Assembly (NCBI GenBank): GCA_041690595.1
Contig: JAWLHB010000052.1
Location: forward strand, 1-56,080
Direction: 5' to 3'
Source of the DNA: Lentisphaeria bacterium
GTDB lineage: Bacteria; Verrucomicrobiota; Lentisphaeria; JABSQK01; JAWLHB01
DNA: 56,080 bases
Both the position numbers and the translations under genes were made by a program. Numbering within the stretch: position 1 is the first letter of the stretch; each line of letters begins with the position of its first letter. The notes beneath the pieces were generated by a model. The model was not told where the DNA came from, searched no databases, and saw only the letters and a list, made by a program, of their open reading frames with translations. Shown here piece by piece: positions 27,435 through 35,364 of the stretch.

Positions 27435-28430
27435 TCATCGCCTGCTGTTAGCAAGCGGTTCAACTTCGATTTTCAGTGGTTTCGGATCCAGTACCCATCG
27501 GTGAAGCGCATGCCAGGCGGGCTTTCGCCAGCCATCCCAGCTCTCCAGGCCGAGGTGATATTCGTGTGCGTCAAACCAGTTTCCTTCGGTCATCTCGATG
27601 GCTGGTTCATGGGGCGCAAGATCGATGGCGGAATACCAGTAGAGGCGTTCGGCTGGCGCCAGCAGTGCTGCCCGGAGGCGGGCCACCTGCTCCACGTAGC
27701 CGCCGCGGCGCTTGTTGCGCTGATCCCACGTGGCAAAACCGGTCTCGGTCACCCAGAATCGGTTACGGCCGGTGTGGCGTTCGAGATAGTCGAATTTGGC
27801 CTGCCAACCCTTCCATCGCAGTTCCTGGTCCCACGATCTGTGGTCGTCCCACCACATGTCGGGAAAGGCATGGAAGCTGATGCGGTCGATATGCGGCAGT
27901 ACGCCATAGTCTTTCATCAGCGCCAGCCAGTGATGGTCGACGGGGATGATTCCGCCCAGCACGGTGCGTTTACCCCGGCGGTGGGCCCAGTAGGCAGCCT
28001 TGCCGATCATTTCGCCGAACTTCCGCCAGTTCGGATCATGATCGCGGAAGTTCCACTTAAGGATGTTGTTGGGCTCGTTCCACAGCTCGATCCATTCGAA
28101 GGTGTGGCCATACTCCGAGATGATGACATCGATAAAATCGGCGAAGGCCTGGAGGTGTCTGGGTGGGCCAGAGCATGAAGATCCTTCCGCCAGGGAGGGA
28201 GGGGTATGCCAGACGCATGCCAGCAGCTCAAGGCCTGCCCCATGAAGCGTTTCCAGTTGCCAGCGCAACCATTCTGGACCCCCTGGGCGATAGTAGTCTG
28301 CCCATGAGATGCCGGTGCGCAGGTGATGCAGACCGAGCGCCTTCATCGTGCGCACGGCGCGTTCGACGGAACGGCGATCTTCGAAGTGGAACCACTGGCA
28401 GAGGCCTGTCTTCTCTTGCAGGTTTGTCAT
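27435..28430 (-). CDS. Cytoplasmic clan GH-A TIM-barrel glycoside hydrolase (beta-xylosidase/GH39-like)
   Basis: WNEPN acid/base and WVTETG nucleophile motifs. No signal peptide. Confidence 0.8.
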   Translation of the reverse strand: MTNLQEKTGLCQWFHFEDRRSVERAVRTMKALGLHHLRTGISWADYYRPGGPEWLRWQLETLHGAGLELLACVWHTPPSLAEGSSCSGPPRHLQAFADFIDVIISEYGHTFEWIELWNEPNNILKWNFRDHDPNWRKFGEMIGKAAYWAHRRGKRTVLGGIIPVDHHWLALMKDYGVLPHIDRISFHAFPDMWWDDHRSWDQELRWKGWQAKFDYLERHTGRNRFWVTETGFATWDQRNKRRGGYVEQVARLRAALLAPAERLYWYSAIDLAPHEPAIEMTEGNWFDAHEYHLGLESWDGWRKPAWHALHRWVLDPKPLKIEVEPLANSRR

Positions 28431-28484
28431 GCTGGTAAAGGTTTTGATTGGTAATTTTATAACGGCGGATTCGCTGTTGGACTT

Positions 28485-28501
28485 AGCAGAAGCGATGCCA
28501 A
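28485..28501 (-). promoter_or_regulatory. sigma54 (-24/-12) promoter for the CgeB glycosylation operon
   Basis: Minus strand reads TTGGCATCGCTTCTGCT (GG-N10-GC), 54 bp upstream of the ATG at 28430. Confidence 0.72.
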
Positions 28502-28583
28502 TGACTCATTGCCCAGTCGGCAGCATCTTCTTCCCCGAATGATGCTGTTTTTACGGGGCCTCATGTTGGGCCGGCTGACAGAG

Positions 28584-28601
28584 TGTAAAGATTGCCTTAC
28601 A
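28584..28601. promoter_or_regulatory. Palindromic activator site TGTAAA-N6-CTTACA (TyrR-box-like), candidate bEBP binding site
   Basis: TGTAAAGATTGCCTTACA lies between the two divergent sigma54 motifs. Confidence 0.5.
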
Positions 28602-28653
28602 GGTGGAGGAGGGCTGGAGGGCGGTTAGTGGCGTTCTGTGCGGGAAATGAACC

Positions 28654-28670
28654 TTGGCATATGAGATGCA
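28654..28670 (+). promoter_or_regulatory. sigma54 (-24/-12) promoter for the GT9 gene
   Basis: TTGGCATATGAGATGCA (GG-N10-GC), 66 bp upstream of the GTG at 28737. Confidence 0.68.
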
Positions 28671-28736
28671 CAGCAGCAGGCATCATGCTCTTCATCATGA
28701 ACAGACTTTTCACAGTTCGCAAAGGAATGAGAATCG

Positions 28737-29864
28737 GTGGACCCAACCCTCAGCCACGCTCGCAAGATCCTGCTTTGTGCCCGCCGTGGCATCGGCGACC
28801 TGATCATGGAGATCCCCCTGATGCAGGCGCTTCGCAAGGCGATTCCCTACGCCCACGTTTCCGTGCTGGGGGCTCGCCCGGCGTTACAGGTGCTCGAGAA
28901 CCATTCGCCCTTCGATCAACTCTTCTACCTGGAGGATTTTGGCGTGACGGATTGGGCGGATGCTGGTACGGAGGCACTGGCCAGCCGGTTCGGGCGATGG
29001 CTCGATGACCAACGGTTCGATGTGGTGGTCGATGCGCTACAGGCCCCCATGGCGATACGGGATAGTATTTATGGGCGGCAGATGCCGGTGCGCGACCTGG
29101 ATCAGGAAGCCATACGAGGCATGTTGCGGTGCGGCAAGAGTGGCTTGGACGCGTTGCGCGCGGGTGCCATCGATGGATGGGGCATCCCCGTGGAAGGCGT
29201 GTTGGCGCCGCGGCTGAAGCTGGATCGGGACGAGTTGGAAGCGGGACGGCGCTACTTGGAGGAGCGCGGCGTGTGCCAGCGTCCCCGAGTGGCGGTATCT
29301 CCGATTGCGTCTTCGGAAGCAAAGCGCTGGCCTTTGGCGCATGTTGCAGCCGCCGCTGACTACCTGCTCGACAGCCATCGGGGGCGACTGCCGATCTTCT
29401 TCGGCCCCGACGATCAGGCGTTGCGGGACGAGCTGTTGTGCCTGATGCGCCGCGCCGACGATGTCGTTCCCATCGAGGCTCAGCACCTGCGATTAACGGC
29501 GGCCATGCTGGTGCACTGCGATCTGCTGCTGGCGAACGATACGGGCTTGATGCATCTGTCCGCAGCCGTCGGGACGCCGGTGGTGGCGATCTTCGGGCCG
29601 ACCAGTCCGGGGATCTACCTGCCGCCGAACTGCGTCTCGGTCAGTGGAAATCGCACGGCCTGCCCGCACGCGTCGCGGGACAGCTTCAGCCAGGGATCAT
29701 GCGTGCAGAGCGGCCATTGCTCGCGTCCCACCGCCAGTTGTATGGCTCGCATTCCACTGGCGGCGGTTCTCGCCGCCCTGCATACGCATCTGGAGCGGGA
29801 GACAGCCGTCTTTGCAACCGTCGAGACAGGCACTATAGTGAATGGCAAAACAGAGATCCACTGA
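28737..29864 (+). CDS. GT9 glycosyltransferase (heptosyltransferase-like)
   Basis: GIGDLIM, KRWP, NDTGLMHLSAAVGTPVVAIFGPT. Cys-rich C-terminus. Confidence 0.88.
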   Translation: MDPTLSHARKILLCARRGIGDLIMEIPLMQALRKAIPYAHVSVLGARPALQVLENHSPFDQLFYLEDFGVTDWADAGTEALASRFGRWLDDQRFDVVVDALQAPMAIRDSIYGRQMPVRDLDQEAIRGMLRCGKSGLDALRAGAIDGWGIPVEGVLAPRLKLDRDELEAGRRYLEERGVCQRPRVAVSPIASSEAKRWPLAHVAAAADYLLDSHRGRLPIFFGPDDQALRDELLCLMRRADDVVPIEAQHLRLTAAMLVHCDLLLANDTGLMHLSAAVGTPVVAIFGPTSPGIYLPPNCVSVSGNRTACPHASRDSFSQGSCVQSGHCSRPTASCMARIPLAAVLAALHTHLERETAVFATVETGTIVNGKTEIH

Positions 29865-29884
29865 CCATTCATCAAAGGGCGACA

Positions 29885-31327
29885 ATGGCCGAGGGTGTCT
29901 ACGAGATTGGCTGCCGACGCGAGCTGTTGCTTGACGATTTTCTGGCGGAAGCATTTCTCGGCAAGGCAGAGCTTCGCCTGCACTCGCCGCGGCGGCGTGA
30001 GCTGGTCCTGGTGGCGGGGCAGCCGTGGGAAGGGTGCATGAACACCTTCAACACGGTCTTTCACGATGGCGAACGTTTCCGCCTCTACTATCGTGGCTGG
30101 CAGATCGATCTGGAAGCTTCGCGAGGGAAGGGAGAAGCACTTGCCTTTTCGCACCCTCCCTGCAATTGTCTGGCGTTCAGTGATGATGGTATTCACTGGG
30201 ATCGGCCGATGCTGGAAGCGTATGCGTGGACAGGGGGTGAGCGAACGAACATCGTCCTGCAGGGTGATGGGTGGCATGGGTTTTCCCCCTTCCTTGACAC
30301 GCGTCCCGAGGTTGTGCCCGAGGCTCGATACAAGGCGGTGGGCGTACAGGAAGAATCGCAGGCGGCCACTCTCGTATCCTTTATATCGGCTGATGGCATC
30401 CACTGGGAGCGGGGTCGTCCCCTTCGCCTCTCCGGCAGGTTCGACTCGCACAATCTGGTCTTCTGGGATTCGATCCGCCAGGAGTATCGCGCCTACTATC
30501 GCGACCTTCGGGATGGCAAGCGGGACATCCGGACAGCCGTTTCGCCGGACTTTGCCACCTGGCGGGAGTTGGGATGGCTGGAGTATCCGGGCAGTGAGCG
30601 TTGTGAGTTGTACACGAACAACGTGCAGCCGTACTATCGTGCTCCTCATCTGTATGTGGGGTTGCCGGCGCGCTACGTGCAGCGTGGTTGGTCGCCGACC
30701 ATGGAAGCCTTGCCGGAGCTGGAGCATCGGCGGATGCGGGCGGCCATTAACGAACGTTTTGGAACGGCTTTGAGCGACGCGCTCTTCATGAGCAGCCGCG
30801 ATGGACGCAGTTTCCGGCGCTGGGATGAAGCCTTCATCCGTCCGGGAGAACAGAGCATCGGCAACTGGACCTACGGTGACAATTATCCTTCCTGGGGCAT
30901 GCTGGAAACCGAGTCGGATCTTCCCGGCGGAGGGCGTGAGCTCTCCTTCTATGTCAGCGAAGGTTACTGGCGAGGCAAGGCCTCGAGCGTCCGCAGGTAC
31001 AGCCTCAGGCTCGACGGCTTCGTCTCGCTTCATGCGCCCTTGAGTGGCGGCGAGATGATCAGCCGGCCGATGAGCTTTCACGGCAGCCGTCTGTCGCTCA
31101 ACGTATCCACCTCCGCCGCGGGATCGATGCGAGTCGAGTTGCAGGATCTCGAGGGGCAGCCCCTTCCCGGCTTCGAGCTCGCCAACTGCTGGGAGGTCGT
31201 CGGCGACACGCTGGACTATACCGTCCGATGGAGAGAGCGCTCTTCTGTTGCGGCCTTGGCAGGAAGGCCGGTCCGTCTGCGACTGGTTCTGCGCGACGCC
31301 GATCTTTATTCCTTCTGTTTCGGATGA
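29885..31327 (+). CDS. Putative five-bladed beta-propeller glycoside hydrolase-like protein
   Basis: RELLLDDFL start, FRLYYRG, SDDGIHW and SADGIHW, FDSHN, SRDGRSF, LRLDGFVSL, ADLYSF C-terminal sandwich. Confidence 0.7.
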   Translation: MAEGVYEIGCRRELLLDDFLAEAFLGKAELRLHSPRRRELVLVAGQPWEGCMNTFNTVFHDGERFRLYYRGWQIDLEASRGKGEALAFSHPPCNCLAFSDDGIHWDRPMLEAYAWTGGERTNIVLQGDGWHGFSPFLDTRPEVVPEARYKAVGVQEESQAATLVSFISADGIHWERGRPLRLSGRFDSHNLVFWDSIRQEYRAYYRDLRDGKRDIRTAVSPDFATWRELGWLEYPGSERCELYTNNVQPYYRAPHLYVGLPARYVQRGWSPTMEALPELEHRRMRAAINERFGTALSDALFMSSRDGRSFRRWDEAFIRPGEQSIGNWTYGDNYPSWGMLETESDLPGGGRELSFYVSEGYWRGKASSVRRYSLRLDGFVSLHAPLSGGEMISRPMSFHGSRLSLNVSTSAAGSMRVELQDLEGQPLPGFELANCWEVVGDTLDYTVRWRERSSVAALAGRPVRLRLVLRDADLYSFCFG

Positions 31328-31350
31328 AGTCCCAATTGGTGAAAATGGAC

Positions 31351-31379
31351 TTGACAAGGTTGCGTCGGTTGCCTATTAT
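31351..31379 (+). promoter_or_regulatory. sigma70 promoter for the glycan-degradation cluster
   Basis: TTGACA-N17-TATTAT in an AT-rich intergenic gap. AAGGA RBS at 31399-31403. Confidence 0.8.
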
Positions 31380-31409
31380 TCTAAATATTCATAAAGTTAA
31401 GGATTGCGA

Positions 31410-34400
31410 ATGATCATGAGCAGTCGGCATTGGGTTGCGGGTGTGGTGGTAATGGCGTGCCTGGGGTTGTCCATGGCGGAGGAGCTGCCGGATGCAGTGG
31501 AGCTGGCGCCTCGCGTGCTGCGAGGGTATGGGAGTATCGAGGGGCGCTTTGACGGCTTCACCTTGAGCGACGGCAGCGTCGGCACGCGCTTGGTCATCGG
31601 CTGTGAAAATGAGGCAAAGGCGCGGCTGACAGCCGCCAAGTTCGCCCGCGACCTGGTGGCGCTCGAGGGGCTTGGTAATGGGCTTGCCGTTGTAGGCGGA
31701 GGACAGGATGCCCGGTGGCAGGCGCCGGGGCAGGGATGGCTGATGGTGGGGCAGGATCAGGACAAGGTCACCATCCTGACTGCACCAACGGAGGCGCTTC
31801 TGGACGAGTTGGCCCGGCGATTCGGCTGCACCCCGGCCAAGATCGATGAGAGCCTGGTACCCATGTTCCTGGACATGTGGGATCGGCATGGATTCCGCTT
31901 CTACTATCGACCTTGGGAAACGCCGCCCGAGGTCGACTGGAAGGCATACCCGGTGCTCGAAGAGTTCGACTTCGGCAAGCGGCTCGGGGGACTCGGTTTC
32001 ATCTTCTGGGCGAAGCCGGACGAGACGGATCGGGGAGCAGCCATGACCAATGACGTCTGGTGGGATTGGGCCGCGCGTGCCGCCGCCAGACGCGACCTGC
32101 CGATTGTGGTCAACACCGTGCGCGCCGCGCCGACCTGGCTCCTCAATCGCTATCGGGATCAGGTTATGGCAAAGATGCCGCAGTACTGCGGGTCGTTCCA
32201 CTCTGTGGCGGAACCGGGCCACGATGGGCGGCGGAATTTCTCCTGGTGCGCCACGGAAGCCAGAGACGCCGAGTACGCGATCGTGCAGCAGCATGTGAAA
32301 GCGATGCAGAGCTGGCCTCAGGTGATCGATTACATGGAGCCCAATTGCGAACTCAAGCATGGGGCCTATGATGTCTTTCTCGAGTACGGTCCCCAAGCGG
32401 ATGCCAGCTATCGTGCATTCCTTGAGAGCCGATATGGGGAGGTCGGCGTGCTGAGTGAGCGCTGGTTCGGCGATGCAGGCAGGCTGAACTTGTGGGAGGA
32501 TGTCCGCGTACCTGAGCTGGCGTCGTTTCTGGGATGGGGACCGGCGGCAATCGACCTTACCGGCGAATGGCGGATTGCCTACGAGCATACTGTCGCCGGT
32601 GCGACCGCGGCCGACGTGAAGGAAGGGGATGCCTTTGATGAGCTGGTCGACGAGGTGACCGAAAGCAGCGCCACCTGGCACGATCCGCGGTTCGATGCTT
32701 CCTCCTGGGGAACCGTCACGGCGCCCGGCCATGACCGACAGATGTTCCTGCCGAAGATGCCGGCAATGCTGAGACGTGAGGTGGACGTGCCGGCGGATTG
32801 GCTGGGGCAAGGGGAGCAGGCATGGCTGTATCTGTGGGATCTGAACTATGGCAAGCACCTGGAAACGGCGGTGCGCGTCTATGTCAATGGCAAGGCGGCA
32901 GGCGAGGATCTTCTGCGTCACGCGATCCCGCACTGGGCCGCATTCGAGGTGACGGCGGTGCTGCGGGAAGGCGTCAACACCATCGGGCTGTGGTTGCCGC
33001 AGAGCTACCTCGGTTATCGGGTCTACCTCTCCCATTCGCCGCCGCGCCAGTATCCCGCTCTGGGAGCACATCGCAACGCGCAGTGGGTCGATTTCAGCGA
33101 CTGGCGGCGGCAGACGCGACTGGATACCTGCCGGGAGGGAATGGAGATGATCCGGGCGGTGGATCCTGATCGCTCGATCATCCTGGCCGCGCCCGATGGC
33201 TACTTCACGGGTGTCCGCCAACTGGCCGAGACGTACGGGGGGCGTTTTCACAATACCGGCCACATGGGGGCCTTCTGGAACGATTTCCTGCCGATGCTGA
33301 TGCGGGGCGCGGATCTGCCCTTTTCGCTGGAGCCAGGCGGTCCGGCCCGGGATCTTGCCGGCTTCAAGAGCCAGATGGGCCTCTACTTCACCGAAGGCAT
33401 TCAGGCGATCCACTACTTCATCCACGTTGGCAACCTCCTCTGGCCGGAGGAGATCCGCACGCATTTCGAGCAGATTCAGCCGCTGGTGAAGACGATCGGC
33501 AAGGTGCATCCGCCGAAAGCCGAGATCGCCATGCTGTTGAGCAATCGAGCCAACAACCTGAGCGGCTATCCCTGGGGCACTGATTACAATGTCAACCTGC
33601 CGACGGGCTACTGGGGATGGCGCTTCAGTGATGGTCTGGCGCAGAACTATCATGTGGACGCAGTGACGGACATCGACTTCGTGCCTGGCGGAAATGCCGA
33701 TGCCTACCGCGTGGTCATCGACACCAACACGTCGGTCATGGACGAGGCGACGGTTAGGGCAATCGAGGGATGGGTGCGCCGCGGCGGCACCTTTGTGACC
33801 ATGATCCAGACGGGTCGCCACACCCCGGAAGTGCCGGACAGCTGGCCGATCAGCCGCCTGACCGGCTATCGGGTCACCGCGGTCGATCCTCATCAGGCCG
33901 ATGGCGGTGAAGGGCGCACGCGCGGCTTTCGGGTGCTGGAGGATCAGACCATCTTTCGCCAGGAAGACTGGCCGCTGGAGAAGCGTCACTACGCCAATGG
34001 CCTTTCCCTGGAGCCGGTGGCCACCGACTGTCAGGATCTGATGCTCTGGGAAGGGGGCGAGGTAGCGGCGGGTATGCGGCCGCTGGGCAAGGGGTATGTG
34101 CTGCACATGGGGATCAAGTTCGGCGCCGGCCGTGGCGGCGGCGGCGGAAACTACGGCATGCTGCTCGAACGCATCCTGGAGTGGGCTCGGATTCCCAAGC
34201 TGCCGGCGACCGCGGAAGGGGTGAGCTTCCGCCATTATGTCAGCAACAATGGCCTCTATGATGTCTGGACGCTCTGGAATCGGCATCACGACCAGACAGT
34301 GCGGACCCGGCTGAGCTTTCGCGGTGAGGCCCCCGCCATCTGTCACGATCTGCTGACGCAGGCTTCGGTGCAGGTCGGCGAGGCGATCGAGCTGGCGTCG

Positions 34401-35336
34401 CTGGAGAGCCGCATCTTGGTTTCTCCGCGGGGCGCTCTTGCCACCGCGCCTCTGGACTGGCTCAAGCTGCAGCGCGGCTGGTGGCGGGGTGGGGCGGTCG
34501 CTCCAATCGCGCCGCTTGCCGTGCCGGAGACGCCGAACGATCTCGACTTGACGGAAGAATGGGCTTACCAGGTTCTGGACGAAGCCGCCGCTGAGGATGC
34601 GGCGCCGCTGGCGGATCCGGCCTTGGACGATGCAGCCTGGCCCCGTCGGCCGCTCAACTGCTGGGCTGTCGGAGAAGAGCTGCCTTCGCGCCACCTTTTC
34701 TTCCGTCGCCACTTCACCGTACCCGCGGAATGGCAGGATGGAGAACTGACCCTGTGGCTGCGCAGCTACTTCTCGCGGACGGTGGTCGGCACGGCACGCT
34801 ACTGGTTGGACGGTACGCTGCTGCCGGCGGGTGATGGACGCTATGGGCTGATTCAGCATCTCGACCTGGAGCCGGGCTCCCGGCATCTGCTGGCGGTGGA
34901 GGTGCGGGGCGAGGGGGATGTCTGCGGCATACGTGGCCATACGTGGCTCTCCTTTACGCCAAGTCCACGGGAGCGGCTCGAGCTGGCGGGAGAATGGGAG
35001 TCGGCAAAGGATCTGCTCTTCTACGGAGAGCCCGTGGCGATTCCCGGAAAGGTGGGGGAGTTGCGCGGCGTGCGGCGGCGCTTCCAGCTTCCGGACGCAT
35101 GGCGCGGTGGCGCCGTTTACCTGCACATGGTGGCCGGCTATGCGGTCACCGGGGCAATCGTCAACGGTCACTACATTCGGCGTCACCATCATGCACTTGG
35201 CGAGGTAACCTTTCTCAATATCGGAACCCTGCTCGAGGATGGGGAAAACGAGATCGAAATCCCCCTTGGCGGCGGGCGCAACGATCGCATCGACACCTTG
35301 GAGCTGCGCCTGTATGACACGGAGACAAAACTGTGA
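31410..35336 (+). CDS. Secreted multidomain clan GH-A / GH42-like protein, paralog 1
   Basis: Signal peptide; EPNCE and SLEPGG putative catalytic Glu motifs; GH42 trimerisation-like segment (IEGWVRRGGTFV...TGRHT); galactose-binding-like sandwiches (IDLTGEW, VYVNG). Confidence 0.75.
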   Translation: MIMSSRHWVAGVVVMACLGLSMAEELPDAVELAPRVLRGYGSIEGRFDGFTLSDGSVGTRLVIGCENEAKARLTAAKFARDLVALEGLGNGLAVVGGGQDARWQAPGQGWLMVGQDQDKVTILTAPTEALLDELARRFGCTPAKIDESLVPMFLDMWDRHGFRFYYRPWETPPEVDWKAYPVLEEFDFGKRLGGLGFIFWAKPDETDRGAAMTNDVWWDWAARAAARRDLPIVVNTVRAAPTWLLNRYRDQVMAKMPQYCGSFHSVAEPGHDGRRNFSWCATEARDAEYAIVQQHVKAMQSWPQVIDYMEPNCELKHGAYDVFLEYGPQADASYRAFLESRYGEVGVLSERWFGDAGRLNLWEDVRVPELASFLGWGPAAIDLTGEWRIAYEHTVAGATAADVKEGDAFDELVDEVTESSATWHDPRFDASSWGTVTAPGHDRQMFLPKMPAMLRREVDVPADWLGQGEQAWLYLWDLNYGKHLETAVRVYVNGKAAGEDLLRHAIPHWAAFEVTAVLREGVNTIGLWLPQSYLGYRVYLSHSPPRQYPALGAHRNAQWVDFSDWRRQTRLDTCREGMEMIRAVDPDRSIILAAPDGYFTGVRQLAETYGGRFHNTGHMGAFWNDFLPMLMRGADLPFSLEPGGPARDLAGFKSQMGLYFTEGIQAIHYFIHVGNLLWPEEIRTHFEQIQPLVKTIGKVHPPKAEIAMLLSNRANNLSGYPWGTDYNVNLPTGYWGWRFSDGLAQNYHVDAVTDIDFVPGGNADAYRVVIDTNTSVMDEATVRAIEGWVRRGGTFVTMIQTGRHTPEVPDSWPISRLTGYRVTAVDPHQADGGEGRTRGFRVLEDQTIFRQEDWPLEKRHYANGLSLEPVATDCQDLMLWEGGEVAAGMRPLGKGYVLHMGIKFGAGRGGGGGNYGMLLERILEWARIPKLPATAEGVSFRHYVSNNGLYDVWTLWNRHHDQTVRTRLSFRGEAPAICHDLLTQASVQVGEAIELASLESRILVSPRGALATAPLDWLKLQRGWWRGGAVAPIAPLAVPETPNDLDLTEEWAYQVLDEAAAEDAAPLADPALDDAAWPRRPLNCWAVGEELPSRHLFFRRHFTVPAEWQDGELTLWLRSYFSRTVVGTARYWLDGTLLPAGDGRYGLIQHLDLEPGSRHLLAVEVRGEGDVCGIRGHTWLSFTPSPRERLELAGEWESAKDLLFYGEPVAIPGKVGELRGVRRRFQLPDAWRGGAVYLHMVAGYAVTGAIVNGHYIRRHHHALGEVTFLNIGTLLEDGENEIEIPLGGGRNDRIDTLELRLYDTETKL

Positions 35337-35364
35337 AGCAAGACTCAACCCTGGAGGCTTCTCG

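Noticed and set aside
29438..29884. Long N-terminal extensions in the ORF track (29438, 35239, 40764, 26450, 12040, 10839)
   Set aside because: They overlap upstream genes. Downstream ATGs with an RBS, a signal peptide or an ATGA coupling are better starts.
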